Positions 8,956-18,295 of a DNA stretch of 64,000 nucleotides are shown in pieces. The stretch is from Spirochaetia bacterium (GTDB taxonomy: Bacteria; Spirochaetota; Spirochaetia; DSM-2461). The translations under genes were made by a program, and so were the position numbers. Below the pieces are notes generated by a model, which ran no database searches, was not told the DNA's origin, and was given only the letters and a program-made list of their open reading frames with translations. Within the stretch, counting starts at the first letter, position 1; every line of letters starts with the position of its first letter. Location: NCBI GenBank assembly GCA_963668315.1, contig OY764216.1, positions 2,432,001-2,496,000 on the forward strand, written 5' to 3'.

Positions 8956-10890
8956 CTATTTCTGCCAGCTTTTCGTTCTGCCCGCCCGCTTCATGCGGTA
9001 GGAAGGTTCGTTCCTGCTTACTTTGATCAGCCGCGCCTCGTCGGCAAGATCGCCCGACTGGATTCTGATATCCGTCACATCGGTCAGGGGGATCGTGCAG
9101 CTGAAGATTCGGTCGCCCTCCAGGGTTTTGTAGAATGCGCCGTTCACATAGAGATCGAGTGACTTCTGGTTCGAGTAAAATTTAACCTTCGTGCTTTTTC
9201 CCTTTCTTTTTTCAAAGCGCTTGCCGCAGATATGAACAAAGGGTTCGTCGGACCAATGGGCTTTGTAAAGGTAGAAGGAATCCTTACGGGTCGACCGGTC
9301 AAAGGTAATCAGCCCCTTGTGGTTCATACCCGGTTCGCCCCCCTGATTTCGCGCGTCGGCGGCGAAATCAAACATATTCCACACATGGGTCGCCCAGAGA
9401 TAATCCCGGTCATTGATGATCTTCAGCAGCTTCTCGTGATAAAGGGCCTGGTACTCTTCGGTATTGTCTCCCCGGTGCGGCCGGGCGCTGTGGAGATCGG
9501 GCATGGCCTCGGCCCCGTATTCGGCCAGTCCGATTCTCTCATCGGGGTAGAATTTGTGGAAGAGGTCCAGTTTGATGGCGTTAATGACGGTAAAGGGGAA
9601 ATACCAGCCGTAGTAGAGGTTGTAGGAGACCAGATCGGGAACTCTGTTCAGTCTGTTGGCGTTTGCTTTTGTGACGTAGCAGGCGATGGCCGTTTCCCTG
9701 GTGGGATCCATGGCGTGGCAGTAATCGTTCAGTTCCCTGTGGAAATGAAGGCGGTTGGGACCGGAGGGAAACATGGTTATCTCGTTGGAAAGACCCCAGC
9801 AGATGATGCTCGGATGGTTGTACTGCTGCTTGATCAGTTCGGTCATCTGGCTTTTCGCGTTTTCGTTGCCCCTTTTCATGTGGCGTGAAATATAGGGAAT
9901 CTCCGCCCAGACGATAAAACCGTACCTGTCGCACAGCTCGTAGAAGTAGTCGTCATGCTGATAATGGGCCAGCCTGATGGTGGTGGCCCCCACTTCTCTG
10001 ATAAGGGCGATATCCTGTTCGTGATGGGTGGCAGTCAGGGCATTGCCCAGTCCGGGCCGGTCCTGGTGGCGGCAGACGCCCCGCAGGGGATATTTTTCTC
10101 CGTTAAGGATAAATCCCTCCCGGGGATCGACGGAAAAGGTCCTGAATCCGATTTTCGTCTCCACTTCATCGACGGCCTCTCCGTCCACGAGGAGCTCTGT
10201 TTTCAGGGTATAGAGATAGGGATCTTTCAGCCCGTGCCAGAGGTGGACTCCGGGCAGGGTCAGGAGCTCTGAATCCGTACCGGAGGCGACTTGTCCGCCC
10301 TTTCCGTCCAGAAGGGTGTTCCTCACACGTCCGTTCCCGCTGATAAGGGTTTCGACCTTGAGAATTCCCTCTCCGCTCTGTACGGAGGGAGTGGCTTTCA
10401 CGCCGCTGGAGCCGTCGTCTTCCAGGGAGAAGTGGTTTTCCGGTACGGTGACGATATTCACATCCCGGTAGATACCGCCGTAGAAGGTGAAGTCCGCCGT
10501 CTGGGGATAGACCCGTTCGTTCTTGCCGTTGTCCACCGAGAGAGTCAGGGTGTTTTCATCCTTCAGGAAATCGGTGATCTCGAAGCGGAAAGTGGAGTAT
10601 CCGCCGTCATGGGAACCGAGTTCCCGGCCGTTCAGGTAGACGACGGCCGAAGCGTTGACGCCCTTGAATTCCAGGAAAATGCGGGAACCGGCATCTGCCT
10701 CCTCGCGGTCAAACCGGCGGACGTACCAGCAGGTTCCCCGGTGGTAGTTATTGCCCCCGTTCTGGCCGTCCGTGCCGTTCCAGGTATGGGGGATAGTAAC
10801 CGTCTCTCCGGCCGAGGTAAAGGCGTTTTCCAGGCCGACATCTCTTTTGATAAAAGACCAGCTGTCATTTATGTTCGTTCTCTTTCTCAT
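8956..10890 (-). CDS. GH2 beta-galactosidase/beta-glucuronidase, cytoplasmic
   Basis: LEFKGVN, DFTFYGGIYRDV, GVCRHQD, IRLAHYQH, WGLSNE (acid/base), AEYGA (nucleophile). Start taken at MRKRTN (10890); the track start is 10959. Confidence 0.92.
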   Translation of the reverse strand: MRKRTNINDSWSFIKRDVGLENAFTSAGETVTIPHTWNGTDGQNGGNNYHRGTCWYVRRFDREEADAGSRIFLEFKGVNASAVVYLNGRELGSHDGGYSTFRFEITDFLKDENTLTLSVDNGKNERVYPQTADFTFYGGIYRDVNIVTVPENHFSLEDDGSSGVKATPSVQSGEGILKVETLISGNGRVRNTLLDGKGGQVASGTDSELLTLPGVHLWHGLKDPYLYTLKTELLVDGEAVDEVETKIGFRTFSVDPREGFILNGEKYPLRGVCRHQDRPGLGNALTATHHEQDIALIREVGATTIRLAHYQHDDYFYELCDRYGFIVWAEIPYISRHMKRGNENAKSQMTELIKQQYNHPSIICWGLSNEITMFPSGPNRLHFHRELNDYCHAMDPTRETAIACYVTKANANRLNRVPDLVSYNLYYGWYFPFTVINAIKLDLFHKFYPDERIGLAEYGAEAMPDLHSARPHRGDNTEEYQALYHEKLLKIINDRDYLWATHVWNMFDFAADARNQGGEPGMNHKGLITFDRSTRKDSFYLYKAHWSDEPFVHICGKRFEKRKGKSTKVKFYSNQKSLDLYVNGAFYKTLEGDRIFSCTIPLTDVTDIRIQSGDLADEARLIKVSRNEPSYRMKRAGRTKSWQK

Positions 10891-10927
10891 TGGTATCCTG
10901 TTAAAATAATGGTTTTGGTAAGCATGA

Positions 10928-10949
10928 AGGGAGGGGTCGGCCCCTCCCT
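10928..10949 (-). terminator. GC-rich hairpin between the GH3 and GH2 genes
   Basis: AGGGAGGGG-TCGG-CCCCTCCCT, without a strong U-tract. Confidence 0.45.
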
Positions 10950-10971
10950 CTGAATGCATCGTATTAAATGA

Positions 10972-13900
10972 TTACGCTTTTCTGCGGCCGGCCATATCCT
11001 TAAGAATAAGAGCAAGGCTGACCAGAAGCAACAAGGCGGCGGCGATATCAACGACTGTCAAGGCGATGATATAGGCCGGGGTAATCTTCTCTATGCTGGT
11101 ATTGGGGGATATCCCGTTCATGGCGTTGCTGTGAACCACCGTGAAAAGGATCCTCTTGGCCGATTCGCGCATGGCCTGGGCCAGTTCGCCGTAACCGGTC
11201 TTGTATTTGTTCAGTTCGGCCGCATCCACATCGCCGTCGGGCAGATCGTTTCCGCTGAGGATGGTGCGGGGCCTCAGGATGGTGGGGCCGTAGGCTCCGT
11301 AGAAGTCGGTGACGGCAAATCCTTCCATTCCGTTCTCCCCGCGGAGAAATCCTTCGAGCAGTTCCGAAGAGCTGGGGGAGGGGGTCAGACCGATTCTGTT
11401 GAAGGAGGTCATCACGTTTTTGGCGCCCCCTTCGGTGATGGAAATTTCGAAGGGCTTCAGGTAGATCTCTCTCATTGTCTGCTCGTTCGCCCAGGTGCCG
11501 ATTCCGGTTCTGTTCGCTTCCTGTTCGTTCAGGGCGAAGTGCTTCAAGTAGACGTAGCAGCCGTGGGACTGGATTCCCTCCGATTCCCGGGAAATGATGG
11601 AACCGCTCAGGAGGGGGTCTTCGCTGTAGTATTCGAAGGCCCGGCCCTCATAGGGGCTTCTGTGCATATTGGCCCCTGTCCCGTAGAGACCGGCATAACC
11701 CGCCCAGAGGGCGTCCTCGCCGATCATGTCGCCGATGGAATGGGCCAGATCCTTATTAAACGTGGCGGCGATGATGCCGTTGGAGGGGTAGCACATGGCG
11801 TGGGAATCCTTGAGGGGATCATCGGTTTTCGCGGCCAGTCCCATGGGACCGCTTGAGTACTTTTCCGTCAGGCCGCTGGGGCCGTTGTGGTCCAGGGTCT
11901 CCGCCTTGGCGATGGACTCCACGGCACCCGTCTTTCTGAGGCCCGTTGAGAGCAGATAAGTCATATCGTCCCAGGAGAGCTGGTCCATGAACAGATCCCA
12001 GGATGAATCGTCATAGCCAATCTTCTGTCCGTCGCTGTCCACTCTCATATCAATCAGGTTAAGACCGTTTTCCGCTCCGTAGACGGGATAGGCCGTGTCG
12101 TCCTCTTCCAGGGGGGCCGTCTGGGCGTTCAGAAGATCGGACATCTCCTTGTTCATGGTGATGACCGCATTTCTGTCCAGAACCACCGTTTCCTCCCAGT
12201 TGTTCCGGGATAGATACTTTATTTCATTGCCGCCGGCTTCTTCCAGGCGGTTGATGTCGGCCGAGTCGAACAGGTTGGATATGGGGCTCCCCGTCGCTTT
12301 GGAAACAGAATAGGTCCTATCGTCGAAATCCAGGCTGTACCGGGCTGTGAAAGAGGCGTCTCCCGCCGCATCCATGCCGTCTCCCGTAGTGTAACCTTTC
12401 GCCGCCAGAATGTTATTCAGAGCGTCATGGGCGTTTCTTCCCGCGGCGATATAGTATTCTCCCTCATCCAGGATATAAGTCTGAGCTCCGTTGGCATCAT
12501 AGGAGGTAAAGGCCCTCTCGTCGATGGTCACTGTCACCGTCTGAATTTCCCCCGGAGCCAGTTCATCGGTCTTCGCGAACTCCGCCAGTTCCACGGCGGC
12601 CTTCTCTATGCCCATTTCCCTGTCGTAATCGGTGTAGGGTTTCTGGACATAGAACTGGACGACTTCCTTTCCCGAATAGGTAGTCCCCTTGTTGGTAACG
12701 TCCAGGGACGCCGTATAGGTCCGGCCTTTTTTGGAAACCTTGAAGTTTGAATAGGAGAAGTCCGTGTAGGAGAGACCGTATCCGAAGGGGTAGGTTACTA
12801 CATCGGCGTAGGTGAAGTTACCCGCATGGGGGGTGCCCATCACCATATCTTCGTACCGGGTTTCCGTATAGCGGTATCCCAGGTAGATGCCTTCCTGGTA
12901 AACGACGTAGTTGCTGAAACGGCCGTCATGGATGGCGAAGTTCCCGGCATTTTCGTAGGTGAATACGCCGAAATTCGCATTGACCGGATTGGAACTGTGG
13001 TCGTTCCAGAAGGTATCGGAGAGACGGCCCGAGGGAACGATGTCGCCGGCGAGAATATGGGAGACCGCATTCAGTCCCACCTGGCCCACGCTGCCGATCC
13101 AGAGGGCGCTGTCGATCTTATAGGCCGGATCGTCTATGAAATCCGTCTCCACCTGGTTGGCCGAGTTGATAAGAACGATGATCCTGTCAAAGACATCGCC
13201 TTTCTGGGACGCCAGTCCCAGAAGGGTATCCCGCTCGTCGGTGGAAAGCTTCAGATAGTTGCCCTCCACGGCGCTTTCGTCGGGGAGTCCCTCGCGATGG
13301 GTGTCGGACCCTTCTCCGCCCACGCGGCCCACGATGAAGATGGCCGTATCTCCGAAGGAGGCGTAGGAATCGGAAGTCGCGGCGGAAAGGGTCTTCCAGG
13401 GGACTTCGTTGATGGTAAAGCCGTTCGTGCTCCAGGGAGAAGAGCCGGGCAGGGGTTTCCGACCGTACTCCTCGCTGTGCGCCGAATAGAAATCCCACAG
13501 AGCGCCATTCAGAGCAAAGCCCGCCTCTTCCATGGATGATCTGAAGGTGGGGGCCGAAGCCGTGTCGACCGAGCCGGAACCGGTGCCGCCGTAAACGGGA
13601 TTCACCGAAGTGATGCCGAAGAGGCTCACATTCCGGTTACCCTCTTTCAGGGGGAGTGTCCCGGCTTCGTTTTTAAGAAGGACAACGCCTTCCGCTTCGG
13701 CCTGCTCGCCCATAACCGTTCCGGCTTCCGTCAGGTCTTTCAGGTTATCGTACCGGGATTTGAAGTACTCCTTATCCATCTCTCCGTCTTCCGACTCGAT
13801 GATGCGGTAGGTTTTTACTCCCAGGGTGGCGCTGATAATGCCTTCGTTCTCCTTGACGATCGCCGTGGAGAGCAGAAGGAGGCCGAGGAAGATCCCCGAG

Positions 13901-14328
13901 AAAACGGAAAGTCCCCTTTTCCAGTTTTTGACGGAACTCTGCGTTTTATTCCCGAGAAAAATATTCATCACGCTCAGAACGAACAGGATCGTGAACAGGG
14001 CGGTATTGATGATGAACCGGCCGTCGAAACTGGAAATGTCGATGCCCACCATGACAACGGAAACGTAAAAGTACATCCCGTACAGGTAAAAAAAGAAGGC
14101 TACCCCCGAGAGAACGGCGCCGGGTACACGGCCGATACGCGTTTTGTTCATGACGAAGAAAACGATATTGACTGCCGCGGCAGCCGCCAGGAAAGCAAAG
14201 GATATCCACGAAATGTAATCCGATGATCTGTAGGCTATGCCATAGGTGATGAGCGTTAGTAACGAAAGAAACGAGAGTATCCCCGATAGGTAGAATCCCC
14301 ATGTCCTGTCTTTCTCTGATATATTCAT
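10972..14328 (-). CDS. GH3 beta-glycosidase, permuted domains, about 5 N-terminal TM helices plus a C-terminal TM
   Basis: VLLKNEAGTLPL, PSGRLSDT, YPFGYGLSYTDF, FEYYSEDPLLSG, KHFALNEQE, AVTDF; the first ~155 aa are polytopic. Confidence 0.92.
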   Translation of the reverse strand: MNISEKDRTWGFYLSGILSFLSLLTLITYGIAYRSSDYISWISFAFLAAAAAVNIVFFVMNKTRIGRVPGAVLSGVAFFFYLYGMYFYVSVVMVGIDISSFDGRFIINTALFTILFVLSVMNIFLGNKTQSSVKNWKRGLSVFSGIFLGLLLLSTAIVKENEGIISATLGVKTYRIIESEDGEMDKEYFKSRYDNLKDLTEAGTVMGEQAEAEGVVLLKNEAGTLPLKEGNRNVSLFGITSVNPVYGGTGSGSVDTASAPTFRSSMEEAGFALNGALWDFYSAHSEEYGRKPLPGSSPWSTNGFTINEVPWKTLSAATSDSYASFGDTAIFIVGRVGGEGSDTHREGLPDESAVEGNYLKLSTDERDTLLGLASQKGDVFDRIIVLINSANQVETDFIDDPAYKIDSALWIGSVGQVGLNAVSHILAGDIVPSGRLSDTFWNDHSSNPVNANFGVFTYENAGNFAIHDGRFSNYVVYQEGIYLGYRYTETRYEDMVMGTPHAGNFTYADVVTYPFGYGLSYTDFSYSNFKVSKKGRTYTASLDVTNKGTTYSGKEVVQFYVQKPYTDYDREMGIEKAAVELAEFAKTDELAPGEIQTVTVTIDERAFTSYDANGAQTYILDEGEYYIAAGRNAHDALNNILAAKGYTTGDGMDAAGDASFTARYSLDFDDRTYSVSKATGSPISNLFDSADINRLEEAGGNEIKYLSRNNWEETVVLDRNAVITMNKEMSDLLNAQTAPLEEDDTAYPVYGAENGLNLIDMRVDSDGQKIGYDDSSWDLFMDQLSWDDMTYLLSTGLRKTGAVESIAKAETLDHNGPSGLTEKYSSGPMGLAAKTDDPLKDSHAMCYPSNGIIAATFNKDLAHSIGDMIGEDALWAGYAGLYGTGANMHRSPYEGRAFEYYSEDPLLSGSIISRESEGIQSHGCYVYLKHFALNEQEANRTGIGTWANEQTMREIYLKPFEISITEGGAKNVMTSFNRIGLTPSPSSSELLEGFLRGENGMEGFAVTDFYGAYGPTILRPRTILSGNDLPDGDVDAAELNKYKTGYGELAQAMRESAKRILFTVVHSNAMNGISPNTSIEKITPAYIIALTVVDIAAALLLLVSLALILKDMAGRRKA

Positions 14329-14414
14329 TTTTCCTCCAATACGGGGCCTTTCCGATGGTCAGACCACAATACAGGGACAGTGTAAAGCCGTTTTTCCGAT
14401 CCCGATAGGGACGA

Positions 14415-14447
14415 TTGCAGAAGTGGTTGTTAAGCTTGCAGAAGTGG
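14415..14447 (-). promoter_or_regulatory. LytTR-type direct-repeat operator upstream of the GH3-GH2-MFS operon
   Basis: TTGCAGAAGTGG at 14415 and 14436 (12/12, period 21); the coding strand reads CCACTTCTGCAA. Confidence 0.8.
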
Positions 14448-14498
14448 CGTTACCTTGGTGTATACGAAGAATTACGGATATCCGCAAGCCGTTCCCTC

Positions 14499-14538
14499 AA
14501 AAAAAGGACCCCTGCCCGAAATGACGGCAGAGGTCCTT
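14499..14538 (-). terminator. Rho-independent terminator of the lipoprotein-GH3 unit
   Basis: Minus strand AAGGACCTCTGCC...GGCAGGGGTCC followed by a T-run. Confidence 0.75.
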
Positions 14539-14559
14539 ATTGTTTTCTGAAGGAAAGTA

Positions 14560-17500
14560 TTACTGTTTCTTTTCAGCTCTGAAAAAGAGCAAAACCGTCA
14601 CGCCTGTCAGGATAGCGAAAAGACCATCCAGGGAGAGAAGAAGGATCTTCCACCAGGGCATAATCTCAATCACTTCCAGGTTCACGCTTATACCGTTCAT
14701 GGCGTTGGACTGGGCCACCGTGTAGAGTATCCTTTGGGAGGACTCTCTCATGGCGGTCACCAGCTGGGGATCATCCTTGCCATCCTTGAGTTTAACCGTC
14801 CACTTTGATGTATCGTTGGCATCCCAGCAGTCGCTTCCGCCCATGAGCCCCCTGTAAACGTCCATGTAGTCGTTGGAGTTGGAGTAGTCCGTCAGGGAGA
14901 AGCCTTTCATTCCCCACTCTCCCTTTAATACATTGTTTTGAAGATTACCGTCGGCACCCGCCCAGACCGGTCCGATCCGGTTGAAGCCGGTCATGACGTT
15001 GTAGGCACCCGATTCGGTAACGGGCGTTTCAAAGGCCTGCAGGTAGATCTCCCGTATGCTCTGCTCATTCGCCCAGACGGCGATACCGTCCCGGCCGGTC
15101 TCCTGGTCATTCAGGGCGAAATGCTTGATGTAGACATAAACGCCTTTGGACTGAATACCCTTGACCTCGGCGGCGGCCGCCCGGCCGGTGAGGAAGGGGT
15201 CTTCGGAGTAATACTCAAAATTCCTTCCGCTGTAGGGAGTCCGGTGAATATTGGCGCCCGGACCGTAGATTCCCGAGTAAGCCTTGAGGTTGGCGAAGAG
15301 GCAGTCGTTTCCGATGCTGACGCCGATAGCTTCGATCAGCTCCTGATCGTAGGTGGCCGCCAGCACATCCTTGGAGGTGTAGCTCATGGAAGAGCCACCG
15401 CCGGTAAGGGTGGCCGTGATGCCCAGGGGACCGTTTTCGTCCTTGGTGGAGGGCTTGGCCACGGAGGTCACCACCATGGTGTTATGGAATCCCAGGCCGA
15501 TTAGTTTGGCCATCTCGTTAAAGGTCACCTGATCCATCAGATCGTTCCAGGTATACTCCACCCCGTCCTTTTCGATAGACCCGTCCAGGGGAACTCCGAT
15601 AAACTGGGCCAATCTCAGATCTCCTTCCTTGCCCATGACCGGCATGGTTCCGGAAGCACCCGATTGGTACGTTTCATTCATGGCCGCCACGATCTCATCG
15701 TTGGCGGCGATCTGGACGGCCGCTTCGTAAGCGATCTCGGTCAGATAGGCCTTGGGCATGGTGCCCGCCCAGTCCTGCCGGGTCAGATAAACCACATCGT
15801 TGGAAGGATCGTCGTCGAACTTATTCAGGTCCGCATGGTCAAACTGATTGGTAATCGCTGTCCCGTTGGCCGAAACCGCGAAGACCGAGCTGTCCACGGC
15901 TGATTCCAGATGATAAAGAACTGCCAGGGCCGAATCGCCCTTTCCGTCCATCCGCGAGACCATTACCGAGCCGTTTGCATCGTCGCCCGAGTCGGCTTTA
16001 GCGGCGAGAATATTGTTCAGCGCTTCGTGGGAGCCGTTACCCAGGGCAAAGTAGTAGTTACCCCCTTCCAGGATATAGGTTCCGGCGTTGGCCGCGTCGT
16101 AGGAGCGCAGTTCTGTTTTGTTTACGGAAACTTTTACCCCTTTCACCGTTTCACCGGCCGGTACTTTTACTTTCCTGTAGCCCACCAGTTCCACCGCAGC
16201 TTTCTCTATTCCGTACTCCCGGTCGTAGGAAGTATAGGGGGCCTGCATGAAGATCTGAACCACCTCTTCTCCGTCGATGGAACTGTTATTCCTGACATCC
16301 ACGGTGAACTCAAAGGCGGAGCCGCTCTCATCCATACTCAGGTTTTCATAGCTGAAATCGCTGTAGGAGAGACCGTAGCCGAAGGGGTAGGCTACTGTTT
16401 TCCCGTAGTCGTAATTACCCACCTTACGGTTTCCCAGAACATAATCTTCGTAACGGGTCTCGTAATATCGGTAGCCCACGTAGATACCTTCCTGGTAGAC
16501 CACATAGTATTCATTGCAGAGTTTGTCAAAAGCCAGGCCCTGTTCTTCCGCGTTGGTGAAAGAGGTAACGAAGGCGTTCTGAAGGGCCGGGGAGGTCAGG
16601 TTGTCATAAAGGAAGGTATCCACCAGTTTCCCGCTGGGATTTACCGATCCGTCAAGCAGTTTTCCAATGGCCCTTATTCCGGTCTGACCGACTTCGCCCA
16701 CCCACAGACAGGCATCGATTCCAAAATCTTCCCCGCCGATACTCGGATTCAGAAAATCCAGTTCGAAGGAGTTGGACGTGTTAAGGAGGACGATGATTTT
16801 CTTCACGGCCCCTTCCTTTTTCAGTTCGGCGATCTTACGCAGAAGATCCTTCTCTTCCCGTGTCAGGGAGAGGAGGTTTCCTCCGTTGCCTTCGTCGCCC
16901 GAATTGAACCAGGCCAGGTCGTAACCTTCGCCGCTCTGCCGTCCAAAGACGACGACCGCCGCATCGCCGAACCTTCCTGCTGAGTCCCACTCCTTTTCGG
17001 AGTAGGCATCCAGGGGTACTTCGTTGACTTTGAAGCCGGAGTTATCGAATATATGGTTGTTCATGGAGCCGGCGGGGGATTCACGTTGGTAGTCCTTGCC
17101 CGCTCCGTCGGTATAGAAGCTCCAGAGGGTGTCATTGACAAGGAACCCATTCTCTTCGAGGGCGTCCTTCAGGGTGATGGCCTTTGATGTATCCATTCCC
17201 CCCGAACCGGTTCCCGCATAGATGAATTGAGCGGCTCCCTTCCCGAAGAGGGAAACCCGGCTTCCCGGAGAAACGGGTAGGGCCGGCTGACCTTCCCTTT
17301 CTTCATTTTTGAGAAGAACGGCCCCTTTGGCAATCACCTCTTCGCAGAGCCTTTCCGCGTTAGCCGTTTGCTCCGGTCCCGTGGCGAAATCTTTTTCGTA
17401 ATAGATTTTTCCGGGGTCACCAACGGTTTTTGTCGCTTCCACATTCAGCACCATGTTCACGATGGAACTGAAATTATATCCGAGTACCGTCGCGGCGATA

Positions 17501-17571
17501 AATACAAGCAGAACGGCAGCGGATATGATGGCAAGGGTCCCCCAAAATTTCTTTCGGTTTTTCTTTCCCAT
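14560..17571 (-). CDS. GH3 beta-glycosidase, permuted domains, N- and C-terminal TM anchors
   Basis: AVLLKNE, NPSGKLVDT, YQEGIYVGYRYYETRYED, GRNFEYYSEDP, KHFALNDQE, SLTDY. Confidence 0.92.
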   Translation of the reverse strand: MGKKNRKKFWGTLAIISAAVLLVFIAATVLGYNFSSIVNMVLNVEATKTVGDPGKIYYEKDFATGPEQTANAERLCEEVIAKGAVLLKNEEREGQPALPVSPGSRVSLFGKGAAQFIYAGTGSGGMDTSKAITLKDALEENGFLVNDTLWSFYTDGAGKDYQRESPAGSMNNHIFDNSGFKVNEVPLDAYSEKEWDSAGRFGDAAVVVFGRQSGEGYDLAWFNSGDEGNGGNLLSLTREEKDLLRKIAELKKEGAVKKIIVLLNTSNSFELDFLNPSIGGEDFGIDACLWVGEVGQTGIRAIGKLLDGSVNPSGKLVDTFLYDNLTSPALQNAFVTSFTNAEEQGLAFDKLCNEYYVVYQEGIYVGYRYYETRYEDYVLGNRKVGNYDYGKTVAYPFGYGLSYSDFSYENLSMDESGSAFEFTVDVRNNSSIDGEEVVQIFMQAPYTSYDREYGIEKAAVELVGYRKVKVPAGETVKGVKVSVNKTELRSYDAANAGTYILEGGNYYFALGNGSHEALNNILAAKADSGDDANGSVMVSRMDGKGDSALAVLYHLESAVDSSVFAVSANGTAITNQFDHADLNKFDDDPSNDVVYLTRQDWAGTMPKAYLTEIAYEAAVQIAANDEIVAAMNETYQSGASGTMPVMGKEGDLRLAQFIGVPLDGSIEKDGVEYTWNDLMDQVTFNEMAKLIGLGFHNTMVVTSVAKPSTKDENGPLGITATLTGGGSSMSYTSKDVLAATYDQELIEAIGVSIGNDCLFANLKAYSGIYGPGANIHRTPYSGRNFEYYSEDPFLTGRAAAAEVKGIQSKGVYVYIKHFALNDQETGRDGIAVWANEQSIREIYLQAFETPVTESGAYNVMTGFNRIGPVWAGADGNLQNNVLKGEWGMKGFSLTDYSNSNDYMDVYRGLMGGSDCWDANDTSKWTVKLKDGKDDPQLVTAMRESSQRILYTVAQSNAMNGISVNLEVIEIMPWWKILLLSLDGLFAILTGVTVLLFFRAEKKQ

Positions 17572-17577
17572 AGACCC

Positions 17578-18180
17578 CTATTCCTTGAACTGGAAGACCG
17601 GAGCTTCTGTTATCCTGTATACGAGGGAGGTGTCTTCCGGCGAGAGAGAGGGATTTTCCACGGTGACAGTCATGGGATGGGCATTCTCGGCGAGAAATTC
17701 CTCGGCTCCCTTGGAGGTGGTTTCGGGATCGTAGATCTGAGTCATAAGGTCGGTCCAGGCGGCCGTATCGATTAGCAGATCGCCGGTCAGGAAGTCAACG
17801 CCCCGTCCCCATCTTTTGCCATGCTGTTCATAGAAAATCCGGGTGGGGGCCTGGAGAGCGATATCAAGATGGGAAGGCTCGCCGTCCGCGGAAGGTACTG
17901 ACGTGAAGTCGCCCCAGTACATCAGTGTTCTGTTGCCCTTCATGATCATGTCGGAGCCCCCGAATATATCCGTTTTGTATACAAGTCTGTACTTGTCTCC
18001 CGAAAGAAGCTCCAGGGAGTAGTTATCCAGATTATACCATCCGATCCCCTCCATCTGGGAGGGAACACTGAGCATATACATATTTTCCAAAGTCCCCGAA
18101 TCGGACCCGCAGGAAATCATGCTTAACGAGGCGAAGCAGACCATGGCAGACAGAAATAGCGTGAAAGCCGTTTTATTCAT
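17578..18180 (-). CDS. Uncharacterised lipoprotein
   Basis: ATG at 18180 follows AGGAGA; signal MNKTAFTLFLSAMVCFASLSMIS-C; stop lies 6 bp from the GH3 start. Confidence 0.75.
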   Translation of the reverse strand: MNKTAFTLFLSAMVCFASLSMISCGSDSGTLENMYMLSVPSQMEGIGWYNLDNYSLELLSGDKYRLVYKTDIFGGSDMIMKGNRTLMYWGDFTSVPSADGEPSHLDIALQAPTRIFYEQHGKRWGRGVDFLTGDLLIDTAAWTDLMTQIYDPETTSKGAEEFLAENAHPMTVTVENPSLSPEDTSLVYRITEAPVFQFKE

Positions 18181-18255
18181 CTTAATATCTCCTAATAAAA
18201 ATAAATGGAACGTTATCATCTCATATATCCGTCAGAATCATAGATGGGGGGACAT

Positions 18256-18283
18256 AAGTGGTAGGGGAAATGGTTAAACTGGT
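18256..18283 (-). promoter_or_regulatory. LytTR-type direct-repeat operator upstream of the lipoprotein-GH3 unit
   Basis: Coding-strand ACCAGTT (18283-18277) and ACCACTT (18262-18256), period 21. Confidence 0.65.
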
Positions 18284-18295
18284 CGGGATAGATCG

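Noticed and set aside
14415..14447. Direct repeats here and at 59932-59961 as possible CRISPR remnants
   Set aside because: Only two 12-bp units with 6-9 bp gaps and no cas genes; they fit operators.
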